A stretch of 42,668 nucleotides of DNA from Nemertoderma westbladi (taxonomy: Eukaryota > Animalia > Xenacoelomorpha): NCBI GenBank assembly GCA_032718475.1, contig JAUCBJ010003364.1, forward strand, positions 1-42,668, written 5' to 3'. The position numbers and the translations under genes are program-made. Below the pieces are notes generated by a model. That model saw only the letters and a program-made list of their open reading frames with translations. It had not been told where the DNA came from and made no database searches. Each line of letters opens with the position of its first letter. Positions within the stretch are counted from its first letter, which is position 1. Below are positions 1 through 12,654 of the stretch, piece after piece.

Positions 1-583
1 ATAGAATCATAAAAATATGCCTTTCACAGTACACATACGGAGGAAATAGGTCTTAGATCCTCTAAAAACACCGATACAGCAATAATACGGTCTCTTACAC
101 TTATTAAATCAACTACAGAGTATTTTAAGGTAAAAGATAATAAAAATAACGGGGCAATTCAGCAAAGGCTTTTACATAGGTAGGCCTACTGCTGTACTGC
201 AGTACTGTCTGTTTGTATTACATGTATTACTGTATTAGGCCTACTGTATTATGTTGTAAAAATTTATCGGTTTATACTGCAGCAGACTACTGCAGTATTA
301 AAAAATTAAAAGGCGAGCGTAGTGAGTAAAGAAATTTTGGAGAAATATTAAGATTAACACAGTCAGACAGTAGCCTACTGCAGTACGTACAGTATTACAG
401 TAGTCGCCAGATAGGGCCTACCGGTAGTAGGTCAACCGACTGTTTTTCAATTACAGATGTGATTAAATTGCGAGCGGAGCGAGCAAGAAAATTTTAACAT
501 TTATAGGCCTAGTTCTGTAGTTCAGTAGTTATGCCAACGAACAGTTTTTTCAATACAGGTCGGTGATACAGTGATATCTGGAT

Positions 584-1376
584 CAGGGATGGCAAAAACC
601 ATGGTTTTTTGAAAAAAAATTTTTGGTTTTGGTTTTATTGTTTGGTTTTTTATAGTTTTTTTCGGTTTTTTATGGTTTTTTATGGTTTTTCTGTGGTTTA
701 ATTAAATCCAATACAGCAATGGTGGCAATACATACAAATGTAGGGTCTACGTACAGACGTACAACAGTCTGACAGTATAACCCTTGCAGCCTTGCCTGCT
801 TGCTGCCTTGCTCTTGCCCAATACTGCAATAGAACAAAATACTGGAATAACTGATAACTGAATAAAGCCACATACCATGCATACAGTATGCTGGTTTGAG
901 GCGTTTCTTCTGCTGTTCTGTCCTTACTCTACGCCAGCGAAGCACGAAGCGAGCAAACCCTTTTCATTAACATTGCAAAATGAACAGATGAAAAAGAAAC
1001 GCGAGCAAAACTCAAAGTGAGAGAAATTTGTTCATTCTAACAGCTGAACAGTGCAAAACAGCAAAATGATAAGATAAGGAAACGCGAGCAAAACTCAAAG
1101 TGAGCGAAATTTTTTCCTTCTAACAGTGCAAAATGAAAAAGAAACGAGTCGAGCAAAACTCAAAGTGTTCGAAATTTTTTCATTCTAACAGTGCAAAATG
1201 AAAAAGAAATGTGACTACCAGTCTGCTTTATATTATTTACAGCGTTAATTATAAAATTTTATGAAAAACCATAAAAAACCATAAAAAACCAATTTTTTCG
1301 CCTTTTTTTTAAAGTTGGTTAAACCAAAAAACCATAAAAAACTAATGGTGAGAAAAACCATTGGTTGCCAACCCTG
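584..1376. mobile_element. Non-autonomous hAT-type DNA transposon (MITE), 793 bp
   Basis: Terminal inverted repeats CAGGGATGGCAA (584) / TTGCCAACCCTG (ends 1376), 1 mismatch; perfect 8-bp target-site duplication ATCTGGAT at 576-583 and 1377-1384; subterminal GGTTTTT/AAAAACC arrays in inverted orientation; no transposase ORF. Confidence 0.9.
945..1210. repeat. Imperfect ~65-80 bp tandem repeat inside the hAT MITE
   Basis: Recurrent GCGAGCAAAACTCAAAGTG...TTCTAACAGTGCAAAATGAAAAAGAAAC units near 949, 1001, 1084 and 1150. Confidence 0.8.
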
Positions 1377-1979
1377 ATCTGGATATAGGCGATTTTGGAC
1401 TTGATCCAATTTTGGAACTTGCTAAGTCAAAATTGGACTTCCATTCAGCCATTCCAATATCGGAATTAATTTGGATATGACTGTATGAATTACAGTGAAT
1501 TTTCCACGGCCTACAATTTTTTCAGACGGGATTTGAAATTTAACCTACATGTTCTTTACTGCAAAATAAGAGTATTAACCGTGCACGAGAAAATTCCACG
1601 GTGCACCACAAAGACAACCGACATTTAAAGTTTTGTGCATCCAATTTTGGACTTTAGGTCCAATTGTTGTCTTTCCATCAGCACTATACTACACTGTACG
1701 TACAGTACACTGCAGTAAAATGGCATAATGGGTAGCGTATTGTTTGTATTGAACAGCACATAGCAGCACTTAACACTTACTGACTTAAGCCCACAGTTTT
1801 CTTTCTGAATGAAAATGATCTTTAGGTCTACTCTATTTTGTTTCACTTTCTGACTTGTCAATGTACATACGTAAATTGATTTTAAAAACTAGAACGTCAA
1901 TAAATATCAATATCATCAGAATGTGAAATAAAGTCTGCACTGCAAACCATCTCAAACCACCTAAAAAAACGTGAAGAAA

Positions 1980-2670
1980 ACGACTGAAACAATCCGATCA
2001 AACGTTTAAGAGACCTTTCGTGCAGCACATGGGGTACTGTAACAATCTGTTGAAATGATTAAGATACCTTCCACCTTCCTGCATTCACACAATATGTGCT
2101 GATGTGAGATACTGAAACAATCCGTTGAAACGTTTAAGAGACCTTCGTGCAGCATGTGGGGTACTGTAACAATCTGTTGAAACGTTTGTGAGCTGGTGAG
2201 ACCTTCATGCAGCACATGGGATACTGTAACATTGTGTAACAATCTGATAAAACGTTTGAGAGACCTTCGCGCATCACGTGACGTGGGGTACTATAACAAT
2301 TTATGGAAACGTTTAAAAGACCTTCACGCAGTATGTGAGAAACTGAAACAATCTGTTGAAACGTTTGAGACCTTCGCGCAGCATGTGGCAAACTGTAACA
2401 TTGTGTAACAAGCTGTTGAAACGTTTAAGATACCTTCGTGCAGCACGTGTAGTACTGAAACAATCTGTTGAAACGTTTAAGATACCTTCCTGCCTTCACG
2501 CAGTAGGGTATGTGAGATACTGAAACAATCTGTTGAAACGTTTGAGACCTTCGCGCAGCAAGTGGCGTAATGTACTATAACATTGTGTAACAATCTGTTG
2601 AAACGTTTAAGATCCCTTCGCGCAGCACGTGATGTACTCCAACATTGTGTAACAAACTCTTCAAACATTT
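1980..2670. repeat. Degenerate minisatellite, ~50-70 bp units, roughly 11-12 copies
   Basis: Repeated core ACTG(A/T)AACAATCTGTTGAAACGTTT(A)AGA(G/T)ACCTTCG(C/T)GCAGCA. Confidence 0.85.
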
Positions 2671-2676
2671 ACGAGA

Positions 2677-2856
2677 CAAAAAAACTTTTTGTAGATTTCA
2701 ACTCAGTTCGCACATTAGATGTCATCAAATGGTTAACAGCTTCACTTCACAGCTTCACACTTCGATTCGAATTGTGAAGCTGTGAAGTGAAGCTGTTAAC
2801 CATTTTATGACATCTAATGTGCGAACTGAGTTGAAATTCGACAAAAAGTTTTTTTG
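2677..2856. repeat. Near-perfect 180-bp palindrome / fold-back element
   Basis: CAAAAAAACTTTTTGT...CAGCTTCACA-CTTCGA-T-TCGAAT-TGTGAAGCTG...ACAAAAAGTTTTTTTG; the arms are reverse complements with only a few mismatches. Confidence 0.9.
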
Positions 2857-3182
2857 GACCACCATCTCTCATTTACATGAGGTCAAAATTAACCTCAAAG
2901 GAATCCCTGAATCCAGGAATCATTTGAGAAACAAAGGGGTACACAATGGTTATTTATCTTGACAGTTGACATCTTGATGCAGTGATGCTTGATGTTTCTT
3001 TATGTACAGACAGATGTATACCTGCCAGCCTGTCCTGTACCGTATTTCTGTATGTATACTATAGCCGTATACTGTCAGACTGTGTACTGAATGTATACAG
3101 GTATAGGCCTATCTCTTATCTGTATTCTCTGGCTATTGCATGCTTTCAGTACCGGTAATTGCATTTAATATTTTTATTTCTG

Positions 3183-3394
3183 ATGGCGACATCGAATCCC
3201 GATATCCAGTGGTCCTTTTCACAAGTAAAAGGCACCGTCGATGAGGATATTTCCGAGGCTGATATTATATCAGCTGTTGAGTTTAACCAAGATGGATCTC
3301 TGTTAGCAACTGGTGATAAGGGCGGACGCGTGGTTATATTTCAAAGACACATTGCGAATAAATTACCGTGTGCTACAGAATATAACCTCTACAG
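3183..3394 (+). CDS. PPP2R2: PP2A regulatory subunit B55/PR55 (twins), coding exon 1
   Basis: ATG at 3183; [17 protein letters not shown]...[31 protein letters not shown] is the B55 N-terminal signature; phase-2 donor AG|GTATGT at 3394/3395. Confidence 0.95.
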
Positions 3395-3581
3395 GTATGT
3401 TTTTTTTATTTATACCGGCACCGGGCGTCATTGTTTATTCAGTTACACTTACATACAGTACAGTAGGCCTACTGAACTGAACAGCTGAACCGGCAGACAG
3501 GCGTTGTCGTTGAATGCATGTTAAACCTTACGCACTGTTCACTGTGGCACTTTATTTCATCATTTTCTTTCATTATTTCAG

Positions 3582-4038
3582 TACATTCCAAAGCCACGAG
3601 CCAGAGTTTGACTACCTTAAAAGCCTGGAGATCGAGGAAAAAATAAATAAAATCCGGTGGTTGCCACGGCAGAACTCTGCGCACTTCCTTCTCTCAACCA
3701 ACGATAAAACTGTAAAACTCTGGAAACTCCAGGAGAAAGAGAAAACCGCAACCGGGTTTAATTTACGGGATGAGAACGGCGACCGACTGGCGGACGCCAA
3801 CATAACGGCGTTGCGAATCCCAAAGTTTAAACCGTCCGAGTTGGTAGTGGAGGCGAGTCCCAGACGGGTGTTCGCCAACGGCCACACCTACCATATTAAC
3901 TCAATCAGTCTGAACAGCGATAATGAAACATTTATATCGGCGGACGATCTTCGGATTAACTTGTGGCACCAGAGGATCACGGATCATTGTTTCCAGATCG
4001 TGGATATCAAACCAGTTAATATGGAAGAGTTGACCGAG
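3582..4038 (+). CDS. PPP2R2: PP2A B55, coding exon 2
   Basis: Polypyrimidine tract + CAG acceptor ending 3581; [27 protein letters not shown]...NDKTVKLWK...HTYHINSIS...[11 protein letters not shown]...[12 protein letters not shown]; phase-0 donor GAG|GTAGGT. Confidence 0.96.
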
Positions 4039-4224
4039 GTAGGTATCTTATATAGACCCAGCCGTGGCGTGTCGTGGCAATACATTTTTTTATATATTAA
4101 AATGGTGGTGTGATAGTCGACGGCCACTGGCCGGGCCGGAAATAGTTTATATGGGGTGGTTCCGGTATTTTATAATGGGTTTTAACACTCGCCGAACTCA
4201 AGAGAACTCCAATCATAAAGCACA

Positions 4225-4405
4225 GACTATTTTATGAAATCCCTGCGGAGGTATCTAAAGGTCAACTAAAGCCTCTCCCCAAGAAAGGAGACCTCGGTAT
4301 ACCAACAAACTATCGTGGGATCTGTCAGCTTGTGGTAGCTGCCAAAATATACAATAAAATGATTCTATATAGGATTAGGCCTCACATAGAGAAACTACTG
4401 CGTAA
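4225..4405 (+). mobile_element. Decayed non-LTR retrotransposon reverse transcriptase (RTE-like), part upstream of nested insertion, in B55 intron 2
   Basis: Translates to ...LKPLPKKGDLGIPTNYRGICQLVVAAKIYNKMILYRIRPHIEKLLR, the PKKG...NYRGI motif that starts LINE RT domains. Confidence 0.85.
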
Positions 4406-5309
4406 CCCTATTACCACTGAGGTGTTTTGACCATTAGCACCACTGGGGGGGGGGGGGGGGCGATTTCTAAAAACTAATAGTGTGGCAGTGTTGGCTAGAT
4501 TTAGTAGGTTTTTCAAGACGCTGAATCGAATGTGATTATATTCCATTTCCAAAAATTGTTCGTGCACCTAAGAAGTGGGCGTGGCACTTCAAATTTTGAA
4601 AAATTAGATATTCAGAAAATGCCCCTAATTTTTTATTTCAACGCATCTTTATAGGTTTTCTGGGCCGCTGAATCGATTGAAAGTAATATAGAAGCCTGAA
4701 GACTTAGTGGTTCGCCATTTTTGATGTACCAAAATTAGGGCGTGGCACTTCAAATTTTGAAAAATGAAATGAAAAATTTTGGTGCACCAAAAATGGCGAA
4801 CCACTAAGTCTTCAGGCTTCTATATTACTTTCAATCAATTCAGCGCTTCAGAAAACCAATAAAAATGCTTCGAAATAAACACTTTAGTAGTAAATTTTCC
4901 GAATAAAGTAATTTTGAAATTTTAAAGTGCCACGCCCTAATTTTGGTGCCCCAAGAATGACGTACCACTACACTTACATACTTGTATAGAGCATTAGAGT
5001 GATCCAAACCAATAAAAATGAATAAAAATAGCCCAAACATAAATAATTACTAAATCACGAATGACTTTGTAAAATTCGAAAATTTCAAAAAATTTGGTGC
5101 TGGAGACCAAATTTTGAGGTGGCACCCACATCGAAAAGTAGAAATCCAATTGCAACGTCGTTTTTTGCAAAAGATGCGGCATTAAATTTGGCTAATTCTC
5201 AATAAAAATTGGGCCGGTACGTAATGTGGTTGCATAGTTACAGCAACTAAAAACTAGGAAGTGGCCGATTCGCCCCCCCCCCCCCCCCCCCCCCCCCGTT
5301 GTAATAGGG
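4406..5309. mobile_element. piggyBac-like (TTAA) non-autonomous element, 904 bp, nested in the LINE fragment
   Basis: TIRs CCCTATTACCAC / GTTGTAATAGGG (1 mismatch); flanks GTAA (4402-4405) and TTAA (5310-5313); subterminal poly-G/poly-C; long internal inverted repeat (~4665-4735 vs ~4775-4845); removing it rejoins the RT frame. Confidence 0.85.
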
Positions 5310-5313
5310 TTAA

Positions 5314-5739
5314 GAGCCAAAACGGATTTCGACCAGGTAGATCAACAATAGCTCCGATACTTGCACTACGGAGACTGATTGAAGGAATTAAGTCGAAGAA
5401 TCTCCCCGCAGTCATGACTTTTGTCGACTCCATCCATAGAGGTAAAATGCTTGAAATCCTAAGAACTTATGGAATACCAGAAGTAATTGTTGCTAGCATT
5501 GGAATGCTATATTGTGATACAGAAGCGCAGGTACTCTCACCAGATGGTGAAACTGAGTTTTTCTCAATCCTGGCTGGCGTACTGCAAGGTGACACATTAG
5601 CACCATTACTATTTGTAATTGTGCTGGATTACGCAATGAGGACGGCCACAAAGGGTGAAGATCTGGGATTCACACTATAGAACGCAGAAGTAGTAGATAT
5701 CCGGCAACTACAGTCACAGACACCGACTTTGCGGATGAA
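5314..5739 (+). mobile_element. Decayed non-LTR RT, part downstream of nested insertion
   Basis: SQNGFRPGRST...TFVDSIHR (FKKAFD-type segment missing)...GVLQGDTLAPLLFVIVLDY, then a stop/frameshift and TDTDFAD (catalytic FADD-like motif) where similarity ends. Confidence 0.9.
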
Positions 5740-6005
5740 AATGTATTGTGTGACATGCAGTCTAGAGATGGCTTAGCAGGGAACACGTTCTTAACCAAAT
5801 AATAATCCACTTATCTTGTTCTGCTTATCTTGTTCTTGTGCAATGGTAAATGCATTTACCAAAGTTGTGATAATTGAATGCTACTCCCATCAAGCCATTT
5901 TGCTGTTATGGTCCAGTCCAGTATCCATTATTTATTGAACCGGTTATTATAATTGTGCATATGTTTATTATGTATTACAAAACGCTATATGTTTATTAAT
6001 TTAAG

Positions 6006-6671
6006 GTAATAACAGCTGCGGAGTTCCACCCGAACCAATGCAACCTGTTCGTATACAGTACGAGTCGCGGTACCATTCGTCTCTGCGACCAGCGCCAGAA
6101 CGCCATCTGCGACGCCCACGTGAAACTCTTCGAGGAACCGGAGGATCCGTCGACCAAGAGTTTCTTCTCCGAGATCATCTCCTCCATATCCGACGTCAAG
6201 TTCAGCAACTCGGGCCGCTACATGATCTCCCGGGACTATCTGTCCGTGAAGGTGTGGGACCTCCAGATGGAGAAGCGCCCCGTGGAGACCTACCAGGTCC
6301 ATGAATACCTCCGATCGAAACTGTGCTCGCTCTACGAGAACGACTGCATCTTCGACAAGTTCGAGTGCTGCTGGGGCCGGGGCGACAACCAGATCATGAC
6401 CGGATCCTACAACAACTTTTTCCGAATGTTCGACCGACCGGGGAAGAAGGACGTGACCCTGGAAGCCTCGCGGGACATCGTGAAACCCGGGACTGTGCTG
6501 AAACCGCGACGGGTTAGCTCCACGGGCAAGAGAAAGAAGGATGAGATCAGTGTGGATAGTTTAAACTTTATGAGGAAGATTCTCCACACGGCTTGGCACC
6601 CGAAGGACAACGTGATCGCCGTCGCAGCCACCAATAGTTTATACTTGTTTGAGGGGAAGTCGGTATCGTGA
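6006..6671 (+). CDS. PPP2R2: PP2A B55, terminal coding exon (spliced product 444 aa, WD40 propeller)
   Basis: AAG acceptor ending 6005; VITAAEFHP...[16 protein letters not shown]...[11 protein letters not shown]...[13 protein letters not shown]...[12 protein letters not shown]...KILHTAWHP...TGA. Exons sum to 212+457+666=1335 nt, in frame. Confidence 0.96.
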   Translation, partial: VITAAEFHPNQCNLFVYSTSRGTIRLCDQRQNAICDAHVKLFEEPEDPSTKSFFSEIISSISDVKFSNSGRYMISRDYLSVKVWDLQMEKRPVETYQVHEYLRSKLCSLYENDCIFDKFECCWGRGDNQIMTGSYNNFFRMFDRPGKKDVTLEASRDIVKPGTVLKPRRVSSTGKRKKDEISVDSLNFMRKILHTAWHPKDNVIAVAATNSLYLFEGKSVS

Positions 6672-6763
6672 TTCTGTAGCCCCTAACTATCCCCGAATAC
6701 CTAAGGAATCGTGTCTTACCGGGGATACGATTATCATATAGTCTGGCAATTATTCTCGTCCCA

Positions 6764-6769
6764 AATAAA
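6764..6769 (+). promoter_or_regulatory. Candidate polyadenylation signal of the B55 gene
   Basis: First AATAAA downstream of the stop codon, followed by GT/T-rich sequence. Confidence 0.35.
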
Positions 6770-8453
6770 CGTGGATATCAATTAGCCGACCCGGTCGTTT
6801 ACAGTAGTTCCTACCTTGAATTGTTCGGTTAAGATCACCTGTCATTGTTGAGCGGTTTTATAATCAGCTGTGTAGGTTGCCAAATTTCTCGTCCCCCCTG
6901 GGTGAGTCTAACTAGTTTTATGGGCCGTTTTATTGCCGTTTTATTTATCTCGATACATATTATGTGCCATATTCCCTACTTTAAACATCTAGTTCTACCT
7001 TGATTGTGGTTGACCTTTCTGGATAACGGTATCTTTTAACAATTGTGACTTTTCTTGATAGCGTGATATGTGGGTACACGAATATAATAACCAAGTTCCT
7101 ACTATCAGAGAGACATCTGTTAGTATCCCCCCCCCCCCCCCCTCCCCCCCAACCTTCCCATCGATCCTCTTTTGAGGTGCTTCCCCTTACATCCACGGCT
7201 GCTCCTAACTTACCGCCACTGTTTTTCACTAATTAATTTGTCAGAATGTCATATAAACTCAATTATTTGTACGATTAGAAACAAAACACTATTGTTTCAG
7301 ATAAATAGATAATTATCGTTAATTTGTCTGATTTGTTATAATTTTTAGGTCTTATAATTATTAATATACGCGACTTCTAGGATTTTTTGTTGTTGTACGT
7401 TATTTTAGATTTTACATTGTGATTATTCGTCAACAGTCGTTTATTGCATTTCATCAACCCACAACTTCTCCTGCTATTTCTTTTCCATCTCCGTGATTCA
7501 CAAAGTCTCAGGTACACGATCATGCGCGCCCAGGTCCCTCTTGATTTGTACACAGAAATTTCCGTTATCGAATTCTATTTTTACCACTTTTTTCAGTGAG
7601 TTCTTTACTAGCAGTTTGTAATTGTGCTATGCAAAATATCCAACCAACAGGAAAGCTTTTCTGTTTACATTTAAACGCGTTACAATTCTAAAAATTAATT
7701 TAATGCTAGATTTATCCTCTGATAATAACATCACAGTTGTTTTAATTGATTGTAAAACACCCCGGTGGTGTTGCCTTTGGTACCATGAAAGAATGTTGAC
7801 AAGCGAATCTGAAAGCGATAGGAAAATCAATACAATTTGTATCGGATTAATATGAAAATATATTCGGTTCCTAAGTAACCTCCGGTTAGGCTTTAGTTTA
7901 ACTTGATATTTATATGAAATTTTCTGTTTTAATTTCCCATACGTAGTTTTATATTTTTTCTGAATTTACAATTCTCTGTTTTAACAGATAATTAATTATG
8001 TAATAAGTTATATTATTACTAAGGATAAACAATGACTATTTATATCTCGTTTATGGGTTTTGTCTTTTTCTATTAAGCATACACGTTTATCATTATTAAT
8101 GTAATTGTTAAATTATATTTTTCATGTGATTCGTTTGAAAGAGGTTTCTATCGAGTACTACTTGCTACATAATAGTCAATTATTTTGGTAATTTTCCTTT
8201 CAGATTCCAATTATATACAATACAATTCCAGTTGTTATTAGGCCTCCTCTACTATGTTGTGTTCGTATTAGATGATTTGGGTCTCAGGATTTAGTAGTGA
8301 TTTTATTGACCTATTATTATTCGTTTTCGAATATTTTTTACCGCAGATATGTGAAAAGCGTGAAACGTGTATTTTTAGTAGAGTAAATTACTTTATGCAC
8401 CTGTTTTATTATGAATTGAGAATTCACACAAATTACAGATTGCACGATTTTAA

Positions 8454-8570
8454 TAAACCTTGTCCGGGAATTGTAATGTGATGTAGTGTCGTAACCCCCC
8501 CCCCCCCCCCCCAAATTTTTTTTTTGGAGGGGGTTGTCAATGAATTACGACACTACGCGGACAAGGTTTA
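8454..8570. mobile_element. Small fold-back / MITE-like remnant
   Basis: TAAACCTTGTCCG / CGGACAAGGTTTA terminal inverted repeat plus inner pair GTAGTGTCGTAA / TTACGACACTAC around a poly-C/poly-T core. Confidence 0.55.
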
Positions 8571-11500
8571 TGTACTGTAGATTGAAAATGAATGGGAATC
8601 ATTCAGCAAGTTTATTGGATCCACAAACTTGCAACAAGTGGGTATCCTTGGAGACAGCGGGGGGTGTTGGGTTGGGTTTTTGACGCAAATCCTATCTGGG
8701 TGAATTGACACAATTAAGTGTGCAGAACAATAAACACTACCACAGATTTTTAGTTTCATTATTACTAATTTCCAGCTGTTATTTGCGCAGAATTTCCCTT
8801 AGAAAGTGTTTCCTATTGATAATGTAAAGACGCCCCCACCCCCACCCGCCCTCCCGACACCTATCTGGTTTGTTTTTAACTTATATATATTGGGGATTTA
8901 GTGTTTCATAATAATACATTAATTATTCCACCAGTTTCAAATATGGTCGTTTATTCTAAAACCATCTTCCACACCCCCCCTTCTCCACCATTGTGTCCAC
9001 CGGGCCATTTTCTTGTCGACACTTATCACCCCTCCACTTTGACCAACCATCATTATCTAATTATCGCCAGGATCAACTCATTGTTCGCCATCCACTGTCG
9101 TTTTTCCAGCCCGCTATCTCTATACACGTGTTATTTACCTCTTCTGAACTACTCTCTGTCCGTTCACTCACCCACCGACCATTAGTTTCCACGCCGCTGG
9201 TTGGTACTTTTATAACAAATAATAGTATCATTAGAACAATAATTAATTCTGTCGTGATACGGCAAACACCTTATCGCAAAAATCTTGTTTTAAGTAAATG
9301 GGAAAAAGTGAATGTAGGTGGGAAATACAGAAAACGGATAAACCCAAAAATAAAGAGCATTCCCGATCGTTTGGGAAGAAACCATATCACGGCAGAATAA
9401 GAATTTGTGTTTGTGTAATTAGTAATGTAATTGTAAAATAATTGGAAGAATTAATCATTTGGATGTCCCTGGATGAGGTGGCGTTGCAGTAAAATAATCA
9501 ATTTTGTTATGGAAGTTGCATTTATTTACTGTGCTGACTATTGCGGTGCTACATACATCACCCGTACTTATTGTGTAATTTTCAATAAATGCTGATTTTT
9601 GATGTATTAATTCTTGTTATCTATCAATATTGGTTGAAGACTAACATGACAATTGGCACGGATATTTACCGGAGGCCATGTCTTTTTTGCAACTCACTGT
9701 GTGTTAAGATTACACGGTTTCCGCAGTTTATGAATAACTATAGCTAATTATTAGATGACATTATAATTTACTTTAAAACTTACCATTCTTTTACACATAT
9801 AGTTTTTTTAATATTTCGGCCTTGAATGCCTCATACGCATACTAACTTACAAGCAAGTTAAGTTTATATTAAACGTGCTCCCAGTTGTAGAGATCAGCTG
9901 ACCTTCATGAATTATTATCTACAAACCTCCACGGCTACCATTCCCTATAGGGAATGAACTTGTCTGAAGATGATGCAAATTATTACCTTGAATTGCTATA
10001 TTATGCAGGTTAGTAATGGAACAGGTTATAATGATAGATTGTGGGGGGGGGGGGGGGGGGCAATTCCCATTCGCCCCGACTTGAGAAGGTCGGAGGTGTC
10101 TGTCTGTCTTAGATATACCGAGAACAGACTCCAGGACAGAACAGCCCCCCCCCCCCCCCCCCCCCCCCAGAACTATAATTACTCAGAAGAAACTGCTACT
10201 CATTAACCAGTTAAGGATACAAGGCAGATAAATGATACCTCCTGGCTAGTCAATGTAAAGACCCCCCTGGCCTCAGGCGGGGTTTTTTGACACGATCAGG
10301 TTGCAGTTTTATTTTTGGGGGTTAATCAGGTATTATTTGCGTCGATTTTCCCGTAGAGAGGAATACATTTTGATTTCGTCTAACCCCGAATTCGATTTGG
10401 ACCACGTCATTTGGCCATTTTGTATCGGAATGCAGGGGATTGGGTAGAGGAGTTGCACTGCAATCAATCAAGGATTGAAAACAGGCAGGTATTTACAAAC
10501 AATTTGTGTTTTAAAAGTAATATATTTTAGGCGTGGAAGCGACCCAATTTTTAAGAAATATTACATCTTACCTTATGCCTATAGTATTGATTCTGAAATA
10601 TAAATTTACCATCTCAACACCTCAACGAAATTATTTAGCTAATTATTCTAAAGAATCACGATTAAATACTCTGCCAATCATTTTGCGAGATAAAAAATAA
10701 GCAAGTTGTCTTATTATTAGCTCTTACACTGCTGCCTGTCATAGGCTTAGGTGTAATTACCCCTTGCTTCATTAGTGGTGATGTGGGACGGGTTGGACTG
10801 GTTCCCAGCTATACAATAACAAGCACGCCATTGAATGGGGGAGCTGAACGTATAGGGTGTGGTAGACAGTGCATTTTTGTAAGTTGAATTACGTTTATAT
10901 TAATTATAAACACATTTCTTAAAGCAAATCTCTTGAACTAATTAAAAACTATAATGGAATGGGGTATGGTGATTACAACTGTATAATTTCTAAGTATAAT
11001 TATTGAAATCTTATATTATAAAATAATTAATTTTCATTAATTATTTAGTATTTGGGCTAGCACCAAAATTTGCCATATTACTCCGAAAAATACGTGTAGC
11101 AATGACATGGCAAATTAGAAATGTATTCCATTAGAATCAGCGCCCCAGAAAACCTATAATAATAGGGGGGTGGTGGTTACAGAGTCGCAACCATTCACAA
11201 ACAACCATTTATAGTAATTAGATCAATTTTAAATATTTTCCAATGGATTTTGCGCCCCGGAAAACCGTATTGCAATACAATTAGCTGTTGTACTAGTTAC
11301 TGTTACAATTACTGTGTAATTGTAACTTTGAAATTTTATGAAACTTGTTCGCTACTTGTAATTTTGGTGCTGCAATATAACCAAACGACCCCAGTACATT
11401 TTTTCGAACATATTTTTCGGTCGGATTCGGACTTGTGAAATCTACGTACAAACAAATAATCAGACGTTTTCGTTAAAATTTGTAGATTCTAGGGGAGGCT

Positions 11501-11711
11501 AAAATATATATAAAATATATAATATGACCCCCCCCCCCCGGTATTTGTTTCAAAAATGTAAAAATTGTTTGTAATGTTTGTAAAAATTATATATTATCCT
11601 TAATTCAACAATTATTTACTAGGCCTACAAGTAAAAAAATGTCCCCGAAGCTGTTTCACTATCATGCTCTGATGAAAATTTCACCAAAAAAAATTATTTA
11701 ACACCAATTTA

Positions 11712-12324
11712 AATCCGCAATAACAGCATTGATCCTCATTGTTGATCCGCAATAAAAGCATTGATTCGCGTTGTTGATTCGCTAACAGCATTGATCCACA
11801 ATAACAGCATTGATCCGCATTGTTGATCCGCAATAAAAGCAATGATCCGCGTTGTTGATTCGCTAACAGCATTGATCCGCAATAACAGCATTGATCCGCA
11901 TTGTTGATCCGCAATAACAGCATTGATCCGCATTGTTTATGCGCTAAAAGCATTGATCCGCGTTGTTGATCCGCAATAAAAGCATTGATCCGCATTGTTT
12001 ATCCGCTAACAGCATCGATCCTCATGGTTGATCCGCAATAAAAGCATATTGATCCGCGTTGTTGATCCGCTAACAGCATTGATACGCAATAACAGCATTG
12101 ATACGCATTGTTTATCCGCTAAAAGCATTGATCCGCATTGTTGATCCGCAATAAAAGCATTGATCCGCATTGTTTATCCGCTAACAGCATCGATCCTCAT
12201 GGTTGATCCGCAATAAAAGCATTGATCCGCGTTGTTGATCCGCTAACAGCATTGATACGCAATAACAGCATTGATACGCATTGTTTATCCGCTAACAGCA
12301 TTGATCCTCATTGTTGATCCGCAT
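11712..12324. repeat. Compound minisatellite built from GCATTGATCC-type submotifs
   Basis: Alternating GCAATAA(C/A)AGCATTGATCC and GCATTGTTGATCC modules over ~600 bp. Confidence 0.9.
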
Positions 12325-12654
12325 CCTTGCTTTCCATCAGTACCAACATATCACTACAGTACGAGGTTGAAGAATAACTGCGGTGTAACTGGTGCAATAT
12401 CGATGGCGACACTTTTCTCAAACGCTTGTAGATAAAGATTGAAAGCAAAAATTAAAATTCTTCCTCACCCAGGAAGGAGGAGGAGGGAGGTGAAACCGTC
12501 TCTTTTTCAAATTTCATGCAATCTCAAGGGGAGATGGTACCCCAGATCTTTTCAAAATATGAAAAATTTTCGAAATTTTTTTTTTATTAATTCTAAATCA
12601 GAATTTAACGTAGATTTCAGAAATCGAAATCCCAACATCATATCATAAGCTTAA

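Noticed and set aside
670-2777. Short ORFs in the hAT MITE, minisatellite and palindrome
   Set aside because: They derive from repeats and have no recognisable domains.
3159-4113. ORF-track boundaries 3159-3488, 3514-4113 and start at 6120 as separate genes
   Set aside because: They are exons of one B55 gene read into flanking introns; splice sites give one continuous 444-aa frame.
5985-6634. Overlapping and antisense ORFs over B55 exon 3
   Set aside because: Shadow frames of a GC-rich coding exon with no independent protein features.
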